From Monocercomonoides exilis PA203 (lineage: Eukaryota > Protista > Preaxostyla): a stretch of 64,000 nt of DNA. Positions 13,806-26,400 of this stretch are shown piece by piece. Made by a program: the position numbers and the translations under genes. The DNA lies in assembly GCA_001643675.2 (NCBI GenBank), contig LSRY02000005.1:992001-1056000 (forward strand), written 5' to 3'. Below the pieces are notes generated by a model that was not told the origin of the DNA, did no database searches, and was given only the letters and a program-made list of their open reading frames with translations. Positions within the stretch are counted from its first letter, which is position 1. The number at the start of each line of letters is the position of its first letter.

Positions 13806-16800
13806 ATGTCAGTGTCCTCGAAACAGGCAACAGCTGAGCAGAGCATTTCCGCTCAGCAAAGTTTAATCTTAGGTAAGCATTTATCAATTTAATAAAAAGT
13901 TATCAACTTCATTATTACTCTATATACTTTGAAGTTCGAAATCTTCTTAGAACAGCCATATCTTCTATCTCATATATCAGGCATTTATTCCCTGAAGATT
14001 GTTTCCAAGATCGTCTTCTTTCCGGATTAAATGTAAAGACTTTACTACCAACAACAAATGAAACAAAGTTAATAATTAATTGGCTTGAACATGGTGTTTT
14101 TGATGCACTTGAAAAGAAATATGTTTGAAAATTTTAAGTATTTTGTTATTGCTTAAAACTTTTTATTTAGCTTCGAAGTTTGGTGTTCGGAATGTATTTT
14201 GATCCTTCCAACGAATCCACCCTTATTGAAGCTTATACTTGTTTGCTGAGTTTTAAAATTTTTAATTTCATTTTGTTGAAATTTGTTTGACGATTCCACC
14301 AGTCAAAATATCATATGATCAAGAGGAATACAATCTTGATATCACAAGATCAAAAAAAGAGTATCAACAAACTCAAAAACTTATGACAAAAGATGGAATA
14401 AAGCAATCTACGATCGCTATGATTCGAACTTTAATTTCTTTGGCTCAAACTTTAACACCAATCCCCAGTATGACTTTTTGTCGTAAACTTTTCTTTTGAA
14501 AGTGATTTTTAACAACACAGAAAGCAGATATTTGGTAATGAAATTATTTTACTATGATGAGCGCACACCAATGGATTACGAACCTCAATTTTTCCGTCCT
14601 GCTTCGGATGGTATGAATTTAAATAAAAATATTTTCAAATTAATTTATTATAACTTATTTTGTGTTTAAGAGCCACCACCTTCGTTTCATTTTAAACCAC
14701 TTCGTTTGAACTTGGGAGGAGTAACAACGCCTTATCACGATATGTGTTTACAAATTAAAACAACTATAGATTGCGTTGATTCTCTAAAAGATGCATGGAT
14801 TGAAGGCAAAAGCAAGGTTCACTTTAACAGCTATTTATATTTTGTAAACGCAAAATTATACTTTATTGTTTAATTATTTTATTTTAGCCACGCCATCCAA
14901 TGAGCGAATTATTTGAAAGAGGCACAGCTGAAAAAGAAAAAGAAGCAGTGCAGGAACAGCGCGAACAAGAGAAAGAGAACAATGATTTGGATGAAAATGT
15001 ACAAGAAAACAATGAATTAAAACAAAAATTGGAAAAAGAAGAGCAATTCAGCAGTGAAGAAGAAGAAGAGGAGGAAGAAGAAATCAAAGTGAAAAAACGA
15101 ACATTAAAGCAAAGATACAACGAAAATGAAAACAAAGAAAACAAAAAATCTAGAGAGAAAGACGAACAAAAGCCTTCAACAAAAAATGACAATGAAATTA
15201 TCTCAAATGAAAAGATGCGCAAAAACACAACAAGCAAAAGGATGAAGCTTTCTATTGAAAAAGAAGGAGATCAAGAAATTGATGAAAAGAGTGGAGAACC
15301 TGAAGATGAAAGCACTTCTGCAAGTGAAACAGATGAAAAGGAATACGAAAAACCACCTTTAAAGAGCAACAACAAAATTCGACGTACGAGCAGCAGAGAA
15401 AATCCAATGCTATTCGTTTGATATTTATTTTTTGAATTTTTAAGATATTTCATTAAAAATTTTCGTTTTATGCATTCTCGAAATTTTCTATTTATCTTTA
15501 ATTGAACTTCAATTCCAAATGGAAATCAATGTTGATACCACTTTTGATAATAGTCGCCTTCTTTTTTGGCGAAGACCTCTGAGTTTATTTCGACATATCC
15601 ATTTCTGACACTTCCTCAGTTGAAGAGAATCACGACAATGAAGAAGAATGCAGCCGAAGCTTTGGTGAAAGAAATGCAAAAGAAAGGCATTCTTGGAACA
15701 AATACCGAAAAGGTTTACATATTTTTTTTTCATTTTTCAGAAAAGAATAATTGATAAAATAAAAATTTCATTTGAAATTGAAGGGCTATCCTGTACTTAT
15801 TCATAAAGATCCTACGAATGACCTTCAAGCTAAGGGCAAAGATGAATTGAAAGAACAAAGCAATAAAAAGCAAATTGTTGACGATGAGAAGGATAGTGAA
15901 AGATTTAAACATTCAGTCAAAGAAGATGAAAGTCAAGAAAAAGAAACTGAAATACACAATTTACCAACAAAGGATGTTGAAAAAGGCAAACCCAATCAGA
16001 AATCACGCCCAGCTCTTGACAAAGATTCAGAGCAAAAGGCAACAGAGAATGACATTAATAATCATCTTGAAGCAGAAGGTATTTATCCTGGATCAGCTGT
16101 TGCTTCACCTGATTTGATGAATCTTTCTTCCTCTGCGGTGTCTTCCTCTTTGCAAAGTTCTGAGCATCTATCTGATCAAAATTCATCAACGGATTCATCA
16201 TTGATGTCACAGCCTGAAGATCTGACACAATTTTCTTCATTGCAAACTCAACCTTCCCTCCTTTCTCCTTCTCTGCATTCTCAGCCTTATGCACTATCGC
16301 CAACATCTATCGTTGACTCCCAATTTACACACTCACGATCCAACACTTTTGGATATCCTTCTTCCTCCTATTCTGCTATTCCATCAGCAAACTCATCTTC
16401 AAAATTTGCAACATCAGATCTCTCATCATCCATTGCACCTTCAGTGTCTTTGTCTGCTTCCAGACTCTTTTCCACAATTGAAGCTCAGAATTCTGCAATT
16501 TCCAATCCGTTGGCTGCTCGGCAAGCGGCTTCAATAATGGCTTCTCTTTCTTCTCGTGCAATGAATGGCGCCAGAGATTTTCGTGGGGCGAGTAGTAATT
16601 ATTCAACTCATATCAACAGCACAGCTTCAGAAGCCAGCTTTTTGGATAAAAGAAGAGATGAATTTTCCGGTTCTGATGAGTCTGGAGCAATGAATACAGT
16701 TGAGGAAGATGCGAAACTTTCAAAGAAACAAATGATTCAAAATCAAAAAATTACTTCAAATGGTGGAGATTCATCACTCTTAGCAAGCTCTTCATCACTT

Positions 16801-17220
16801 CTCAACCAAATTTCAGTAGCTGAGAATTCTCTTGCTGCTGATTCTCAAATTCCATCTGAATCATCAGAATCTCAAAATTCGCGTCATTCGTCAAAGCGCC
16901 GGTCTTCAAAGCACAACAAGTGCAGTATCGTAAAGGATCCTTTGAAACAAGGACAATCTCCTATGACTCACTCAAAATTACGAGATCAGGAAAAAGACGA
17001 AGGAAGCACGCTAGGAGAAGAAAATGATGCATCCCCAACATCACTTTCACCTGATGTTGAATCAAATATTCAAAATAAAGACATTCAAGCAAATAGTGAA
17101 ATAAAAGCTGCAAGTGTTTCATTCGAAGCTAGTTCTGAGTTATCTGATAAACAACAACACTCTGTCACAAAAAAGAATCGGTTTTCAAGAGGAAAAAAGG
17201 CGAAAGTTGGAGAGGAGTAA
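13806..17220 (+). CDS. HOP1: Meiotic HORMA-domain axis protein Hop1/HORMAD; long form with winged-helix and Ser-rich tail (short form would end at 15421)
   Basis: HORMA domain spread over exons 13806-14816 (VRNLLRTAISSISYIRHLFPEDCF; WLEHGVFDALEKKYL; IEAYT; MIRTLISLAQTLTPIP; MKLFYYDERTPMDYEPQFF; LGGVTTPYH), then an acidic exon to 15415. Phase-0 GT..AG introns 15416-15553 and 15713-15783 join it in frame to ORFs 15566-15754 and 15772-17220. The HORMA part is high confidence; the extension is inferred. Confidence 0.8.
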
Positions 17221-17493
17221 TGGAAAAAGAAAATTCATTTTCAAATCCTTTTTCTCCATTTTGTTAAAATGCTAATGTGCGATAAAGCTATTTGATTGCA
17301 CGTTTTTCTCTTTCTTTTTCTCTCTTAACTCTTTTTTTCAACTCCACATCATTTCATTTAATTTCATGGGAAACCCTTAATCAAATTATTATTTTCAAAT
17401 ATTTTTATTAGTTAAAAGATAGAGCGCGAACAAGGCATTAATACTAAACGATAAAAGACTCATTTAATACTTTTTTTCAGTAGCATATAAATT

Positions 17494-20400
17494 ATGAGTA
17501 TTTTAGATAAAAGCTCACATCATGTTCCAGCAAAACAGCTTTCTTCAAGAAATGATAAGAATGTCTCTTTCAAAAAATCAAGTGAACCTCAATCTCGTAT
17601 CATTCAAGAAAAAAGTTATTTGGAATCTGATTTCCTCACTGGCGGAACTGCTTCATTCGCATTTCCTTCAGATTTTGGATTGCAAACACCTGCAATTTCT
17701 TCGTTCGCTTCTCCTTCCAAAAGTGTTGTTCCTTTGACGGAATACCATGAAAAGATCCGCAGAAAACAAATACAGCAACCAATAATATCAAGGGATTCTC
17801 CACATCCAAAAGCTGATGTAATCAACACAAGAGTAGTTTCGCCGCTCAGTTCTCTTGAAAAAAGAAACAAAAAAGAAATTCCTGTTTCTTTCACTCCTTC
17901 TCATTTACCTCCATCGCCTCTTAAAAGTATTGCACCTCCTCGAAAATTCGCTCCAGATTTTGGAAATCCTCAATTTGCAGTGGAAAAAACAACAGACATC
18001 TCTGACAGTTTTTTAAATCCAGAGAAAATCGCACCTCTACGAACAAACCAAAAGAAACTCCACTTCGAAACTGATGCATCATTGTTTCAGGATTCTTTCC
18101 ATTCTATTTTACCGAATCCAATTTCTGCATCTTCTCTTTTACTTGACAAGCCATTTTTCGATTCACAGGAAACAAATGATTCAATGAAAGTACCCTCAAC
18201 GATTTCACACCCAATATCAAGTAAATCAACAAAAGATTTTTCTGGTCCTTCTATTCTTCCAATTCAACAATCTTCACAACAACCACTTTCAAAAGATTCA
18301 ATCGAATCAAAATCGAGCGATATGTCGACATTTTCGTTTTTGCCATCGGATGTACAACTTCATTTTTCCAAGTCCAATAATCCTTCAAAAAGATTGCCCC
18401 TCTCAAATGATACCAATGCTTCGCGCTATTCATTCAATGAGACACGCTTGACTTCATCGCCTGTGTACCCTTCCTCAATGATATCTTCATTCCCAACAGA
18501 GTCACACCCTTCTATATCTTATTCAACGGGATCAGAACTTTTTAGCACAACTACAGTGCCATCTTCATCGTCTTTTCACACAACACTTTTTTCACATAAC
18601 ACACCTTCTTCAACATCTGAGGATCTGAAAGCTTTTCACATGATGGCAAAGATTTTCCGTTTTTGGAGAGCAGAAGCAACGAAAAGTGCAAAACGGAAAA
18701 GAGCCATAAATCGAAGACTTGCGAAAGAACAAAAGGCAGATAACTTCTTTTTAAGGAAAACAGGAAGACGGCTTTTAAAGCACTGGCTTTTTGAAGCAGT
18801 TCCAGCGTCGCAAAAGGAAAACGAAAAGCTTTTAATGGAAGCAGATAGGTTTAGAGAGGATGTTTTATTGGCAAAAGGCTTACGAGCATTAGCAATCAAC
18901 AAAGATTTACTGCAGAGGAAAAAGAAAGCAGAAAAGCTTGCGCTTTCATTTTTCACAAATAAGAGACAAGCGTTTTACTTTCATATTTGGAAAAATTGGG
19001 CAAAAGAGAAAAAGCCCGCTTTGCCTCTAACTCCAATGCAAATTATTTCATTATTTATGCTTATGGGTTTGCCAGTTGAACAGATTCTTCGAGTGTGTGT
19101 TGAATGCTTTGCAGATATTGTTCAGATCAACGAAGAGATACAAAAAAAGGAGGATAATGAAGAGGAAGTTGACAGTAGTTCATTTTCTTATCTATTACCA
19201 ATAATGAATAAATTACCAGAAAGAGCAATTGCTTATCCTTTCTTAAAGAAATCTTACGACTTTTCAAGCGTGCATTCTTGCTTCTTCAATTGTCATAATT
19301 CGAGTGAAAAATCAACACAAACATCATTATCATTGGCTCAAGCAACGCCTTATGACAAAAATACATCAGGCTCATCTTTTCAATTCAAAGTAGCTCGCCA
19401 GGAACAATCTTTGCAATTGTTCTTTTCTTCTCAAGATGAAACAACGAACTTTGATAATTCAGCATCTATGTTGGATCAATCAAAGCAAAATTGTCCAGAA
19501 GTTATTGACATTGTTTCGAGACTTTCAACTCATCTGACGCAGCCGCTTTATTTTTGCATTGAAGCGAATCGTTCACGAGCGATCAGAACACGAGACCAAT
19601 CTCCTTTTATTTTCTGTATCAGAAAATCAAAAGTTCTTCCACCTTTTCATTTGCTCTCCGTATCAACGTCATCTCCTTCACCGTCGTCATTTTCATCAGC
19701 TTCGTCTTTAGCTTTGCTTTCAATTGAGGCACAGAATAGAATTCCGATTTCTTTTTCTTTGCTTCCACAACGAATATGCCCATCATCTTCATTGCACAGA
19801 TTTCTTATTTCTTTAAAAATTTTGTCTTCTTCACTTCTCAGGCCTGTATTTAATCACTGGAGAAGAATCGCACACAAACGTGCATTATTCAAAGAAAGAC
19901 ATCTTCTTAGGATGAAAAAAATGATGTTTACTCAATGGAATGAAGCGTATGTTCAAGATTATTGCTATCAAAAGCGTGAAATAAGGCAGCGAGCCGAACT
20001 TGTAAGAAGAATGTGCTCAAACAAAGTAAAAAGAGCTGCATTTGGAGAATGGCTTGCAGCAACAGAAAAGAGAATGGATCTCAAAAATAGAAGAATGCAG
20101 CTAGAAAAGGATTTGTTGCTTAACAGAATGAAAAGTCAGCTTTATGAATGGAATATACTTGCATGGGAAAGAAAGGAAGAAAATAAAAACACTCAAAAAG
20201 CGCTTGCGCTATACTCAGCAACAATTTCCAGAAAGATACTGTGGGAATGGAATCTCATTGCCCGCGAACAGCAAGACCTTAGAGAGCTGCTGCAAAATGT
20301 GAGGGAACAAAGAGAATCAAAAGAGAGAACAACTTTGATGAGAGTTGCGTGGGATGTGTGGATTGAGAGCATGGAGAAACTTAGTGAAGAAAAAGAAAAG

Positions 20401-23400
20401 GCATTAACATGCATCGAGCATTGGGCCATGATTCGTTTGAAAGATGGATTTCACAAGCTGAAGATGAACTGTCTTATACGTAAGCAAAATCGAATAAATA
20501 AAGAACTTGCAAATAAGTTCATAACAACACAACGTCTGAGAAAATCTTTTAAAGCTCTAATTAATTGGTACAACGAAAAGCAATCTATTCTGTCAAAAAA
20601 GAAAATTGCCTTTTCATTTTATTCAAACTCCGCAAAGAAAAAATGTTTCGATTTGTGGAAAGAGAAGATTGATGGCATTCATCGTCAAAAGCAGAATATC
20701 AACATTTTGAATGACACGTTTCGGCATATCCTTTGCAGATGCGTGTTTAACTCCTGGAGGAATCATAATGCCCAGGTGAAACTTTTAAAAGAAGGAAGCA
20801 AAAAAATCGAAAATCTTCATAAAATTCTTACAATTAATAGTGCTTTCAATGGATGGAAGAAGTGTTATGAGCACGAAAATGGAAACAAAATGGAAGCAAA
20901 TGCTTTCCATAACAAAAAGATTCAATCGAAGGCTTTTTATTCTTTTAAGAAAGTTACAAAATATCAAATCAATACCAAAGATCTTTGCAATAAGTTGACA
21001 ATGCAAAGATTTGATTGCAAATCTGCTCCTCTAAAGCGCAGCGCTTTTGAGTGTTGGTTGAAGCTTGCGCTGCAAAAGAGGCGATTACTGCTTAGCGTTG
21101 TTTCATATATTTCAGAAAAGCGAAAACAAACGGTTAAAGCCATGTTTCAATGCTGGAAAGATCGTGTATTCAATAAACAAAGAATTAATTCTCTTCAAAT
21201 TTCGTTTGTTGAACAGAAATCAAAAGTAAAAGCGAGACAGATCCTTGTTGCTTGGCACGCTTTACAGGAACGGAGAGAAAAGCTGGCAATTTTGAGGGAC
21301 AAAGTTGAATTAATGTTCGTTCAAAGGACTCTTTATAAAACATTTACTGCTTGGAAACATAGGAGCTCTGTTTTTCATAAAGCAGAAGTTGCATTGGATT
21401 CGTTTAGAATGCAGAGAGCATTTGGAAAATGGAAAACTCTTCTTAAATGGAAGAAGATAACAGCTGAGACTAAAGAAAAGGAAAATCACAAATTACTTTC
21501 AAAATCATTTGAACAATGGAAAAATATTGCGAAGGAAAAAATTAATATCAGAAATCTGCTAATTCAACGGATTCAATCAAAAATTTCTAATTTTGCTGAA
21601 ACAGACGACTGGTTAGAAATAATTACTTCATTCGAATCGAAAAAGGACGATGTAACAGCTTTCCAAGAGTTAATGAATTCATTGAAATCACCAATGGATT
21701 TTTCATCCAAACTTAGTTGCAATAATTACTCAGAGAATAAGGCTAGTGCATCGCATTCAATTTCTTTTGACTCAAATAATGATTCTGATGTATTGCCAAA
21801 GCAGGAAAGAATTGTTCCTCCTTCACTTATTTCAAGAAAACTATCATTAAGACACTTGATTGAAAGTGAGAAGAAAGGTCGTAACATAAAATCAAACGAT
21901 TCTGATGCTTTTATCCAAATAGAAACAAGCATCGTTTCTTCCCAAGTCCAAGAACCTCCTATTTTTTCACTGTCTTCAAAAGCACTGCCATCTTATAAAC
22001 AGTGCAAATCAATGAAAAAGCCTGCATCACTTTCATTTCTTTCATCAATCTTGTCAAACGCTTCTTTAATTCAACGAGTTGCAGAAGCATTAAACAAGTA
22101 TCTTCGTCGATATCATGATGTTTCACAATCAGCTTCGTTATTTATTCAGATGAAAGATTCCATCAGAATAAAAAAATACTTTGAGAAATGGAGAGATTAT
22201 TCTGCAACGAGGAGTAGTGAATTGAAAGAAAGGGAGAACTGTTGGAATGATGGGAAAAGAAAATGGCTGATTGCACGAGCGTTGGATTGCTGGGGGAAAT
22301 GGATCGTTGACAGATATAAAAACGAAAGAAATAGCGAAATAGAAAGGAGGTATTTTGCGGCAAAATGCTTGAGGCTCTGGAACAGATTAACACAGCATAA
22401 GATACATTTATGTGAAATGCTGAAACAGAAGGAACTTGAAAAAGTTGATGTTATTTCAAAGAATTCATTTTATAAATGGAAAATACTTTGGGAGGAAATT
22501 GAAAATGGAAAGATAAAAAGAAGATTTTTAATCCTTTCACTTTATTTTGCACATTGGAAAAAAATTAGCACATATTTGCGAAGAAACAAAAATATAATAT
22601 CCACTGTTAGGCAATTACATGACAATAACACAAAAACAACAGTATTTCATGCACTTCAACTTCATGCGAAACAGCAGATGAGCATACGAACATTTCAACT
22701 TAACGTTGACTTAAAAGTGCTTAGAAAAGCATTTATTGAATGGAAAAGAAGAATTGCAGAAAAGAAAGAAAAGAATGCGAAAGTGGAACAATGGAAGAGA
22801 AACAGTAAAAGGGCAGTAAATGCAATTTGGGGAGGCATCCAGTCAGAAAGAAGTGTACCAATAAGAAGCAGAAGCAAAGCTTCTTTGAAAAGCTTAACTA
22901 GAAGTGAAATAGCTTACAATCCAACCAATGACTGGGATGAAATATGGACGCCAGCCGCCAACTTAGAAGCAAAAGATACAGAAAAAAAGGTGTCATTTGA
23001 ATTGCCCACTTTCACCCCGCAGGATGCATCACTGAGAAAAGTTAATGCGGTTTCAAGTTCTCCTTCACAAAGAAGAGTTTCAACATTTTCCTCTTCCTCA
23101 ACAGTACAGACTCCAACAGCTGAAAAGGGGGTCATGACATCTCCTATTACGCCATCAGGAAATAGGTACGATTCGTTGATGCCAAAACCAACAGTGCCAT
23201 TTTCTGAAGCATTACCCTTAAGCTCACGTTTGTCAGAAAAGAGTTCTCAAGATCATCACTCAAATCATTCGAGACAAGTCATTTCAACACCATCAAGACA
23301 GGTTCTCACAGAAACAAATTCAGCAAGAGAAGCAACTCAAAATTCAGAAAAACCACATTTCACAGATATTATTGCACCAGAAGAGTGTGAAATTTCTGCA

Positions 23401-26400
23401 GAGCCGAATGTCCAAACCGAATTTGTTCCGGAGTCTTCGGCTTCATCTTTTAAAGCGAAAAGTGAGTTGACACGTCGACAGATTGCTGAGAGAATGTCAG
23501 AACTGATGGCACCAACTCAAACTGCACAAGTTTCCAAAGAGACAAATTGTTTTCAAGCAACCAAAGAATTGCAAGATGGTCAAATGGAAGAAAGAACACC
23601 AAACAGAAGGAGAACAAGCGCTTCACCTCAACTTATTTCATTGAACGATTATCAGACCCCAAACAGACCACGTTCTCAATCAGCATCTCCAACTGCCATA
23701 AAATCCACACCAAAGTCTTTCTCAAAGTCAAAGAATGCTTCACCCAGAAGTCTAATTATTATTCCTCCAGATGAGAAAAACATGCATCAGTCACCTTCAT
23801 CAGAGAGGACATCTCTTTGTGAAACTCCGAAACAAGCAAAAAATAACATTTATTTTGACTTGAAAGAAAATAACAAAAACACAAGTATTCCTCGCATTCC
23901 TTTGTCGCCACTAAGAGATTATATCACTCCTTTTACTTCGGAGGATAAAGTTTTACCAACAACTTTCAAAGATGAAGATGATGAATATGAACAAAGCTCA
24001 AATGATGAAGATTCCTTAATTGAGCATGCAGAAAGTGAAGATGAAAGCCATAGCGGTTTTCCATTTTCGCTTCAGACGCCACATTCTTATCATCACTTAC
24101 ATCTTTCTCGGACAAAGCGTTCGACATACGGAAGTAATTTTCTTCTTGTTTCTGCTTATACGCACCCAATTGTCCCGCTCCAATCTTATCTTCATTACAT
24201 TCTAACATTCGGAATTGAAGATAATTCCCACCAAACAACTTTGTGTACGCGATTTATTCACCAACTAATTTCTCATTCATCAAAACAACAATCAAAAAAT
24301 TCTTCACAGAAACTTTCAGATTCATCAAAATCATCAGCTCATTCACAAAATATTTTTGTTTTAAATGAGACTTCTTTCCTCTGTTCATATTTTCTGTCTT
24401 GGATGGCGTACAGTCGCTATCATCAACATAAGCGTGCAATTCATCAGCACATTCGAACAATTCACAATCAAAATCTTCTTCTGCATTCGTTGTCTTCATT
24501 CAGATACAACGTGTTTCGCAACAAACAAAAATCACAAGCAATTGAAATGTCAAAACATAATACAAAATGGCATATGCTTCGCACTTGGAAAATCTTTTTG
24601 GAAGAACAAAAAACAAGAAAAACAATGAAAAGAAGTTCTGAAACTTTGGTTGCCTTTAGATTCTCTCAAAAAGCTTTCAGTTTATGGAAGGAAAAAACAT
24701 ATGAGCAAATCCACAACAAGAAGAATGAACAAAAATCAATTGAATTTTACGAAAAAAAGCAAATGACCAATTCTTTATTGCAATGGAAGAAATTTTCGCT
24801 GAATGAGAAAGAAATTGAAAACACGCTCGTGAATGAACAGATATCCAAGCATCTTTTTAGTCTTAAAAAAGACATCTTCCAAAAAATAAAGGCATATGCA
24901 CAGTTTCATTCAGAATTGAAATCAAAGCAAAGAAGTATTCGTAACGAGCTTGATAAGGAACGACTCCACCAATATTTCTTAGATTGGCTTGTTTGCTCTT
25001 TTAGAGTTCGATGCGATCGGATGCATGTTTTGCAGCCAATATTCAGAGTATGGAAAGCATGGGCAATGGAAAATCATGAAGAGCAGATGGCTAACGAGAA
25101 GAAATGTAATGAATACCTTTTTGCAAAGAAAAAAGCTTTGTTCCACGATTGGGCGTTAATGTCAAATGCACTGCAATTATTCAAAATAAAATCTGAATCA
25201 AAAATATTTTATGCGTGGAAGGACTTTGTTCAACATAGAACCGATTTGAAGCGCAAAATGGAGAAAAAGAAATTGAACAAAAAAATTAACGAAAAGAAAC
25301 AAATATTCACAAATTGGAGAGATACAGTTAAACAACAGCAGGAAGCAAAGCAGATGAGTCAAATACTGCTAAGCAACCGCGCAAAAGGCATTTTGCATAA
25401 ATGGCGAGACTTTGCTGGTAAACAGAAAGATCTTAAAGATCGCTTTGAATCATGCGGAACTATTGCGATTCGCCAAGAAAGGATGGTAAATGATGTTTTT
25501 CTTAAATGGAAAGATTTGATGAGCTCGAAACGAGTTGCAAAGATAAAGAAAGAATTGGATAAAAAGGTGAAAATGAGAATATTGGAGAGATGGCTTGATG
25601 AAGTTCAGAATGTTCAAAGGTGCAGAAATCTTCTGAAGCAACAAAGAGAGAAGAAAAATTTCGAAAGAAAACAAGAGACTTTACGAAATTGGCAAGATTT
25701 GGTACGATCACAGCAATTTTATTGCACAAATACAAAGAAGCAAATATTAATTGCTTTAAAGAGTGCTGTTAAAAAGCAAAAGCAGTGGAGAGAAGCAAAA
25801 GATGTCTATGGTATGCGTTTTAATGCATCTGTGTTAGCGAGGCATATGCATCAATGGATTGAATTATACAAGCGAAACAAAAGATACACAGAGATTCGTA
25901 AAGAAGAATGGAGATTGAAAATGGAGATGGAGGCTTTGGCACAAAAGCACAGCAAATTCTTGAAGAAAATACATTTTGTTTCGTGGAAAAAACGAATTGA
26001 AGAGAAGAGAGAGAAGAGAGAGAAAAGCAAAAGGATGCAAGAAAAGAATTTGCTTTCGAAAGCCATCAAAGGATGGGTCAACTTCCATAAAATGAAGCAA
26101 AAGCAAAAAAAGATCGAAGAGATTATTGCTCAAAAGAAGAAAAACGTGCTTTTGAAAAAATGTTTTGAAGCTCTACGGCAGTATTCGAACATTAAAGCTT
26201 ACAAAACTCGCGTTTTGCCAAAGCTTTTGCATGAAAAGGCTCTTGAACAACGTCAACGCTTATTTGTCGAATGGCGTTTATGTTTCCAAAATATTGAGCA
26301 CAGAAGAGAAATTGAAAACAAAGCAATGCATCATTTCAAAGAAAAGATAACTAGAACAGCTCTACGTGTGTGGCAGCAGGCTAATGCTGAGGCAGCGGAA

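Noticed and set aside
15519-15608. Independent gene starting at ATG 15519
   Set aside because: That frame stops after 29 codons. Reaching the wHTH frame needs a frameshift or a 23-nt intron, so splicing from HOP1 is more parsimonious, though not proven.
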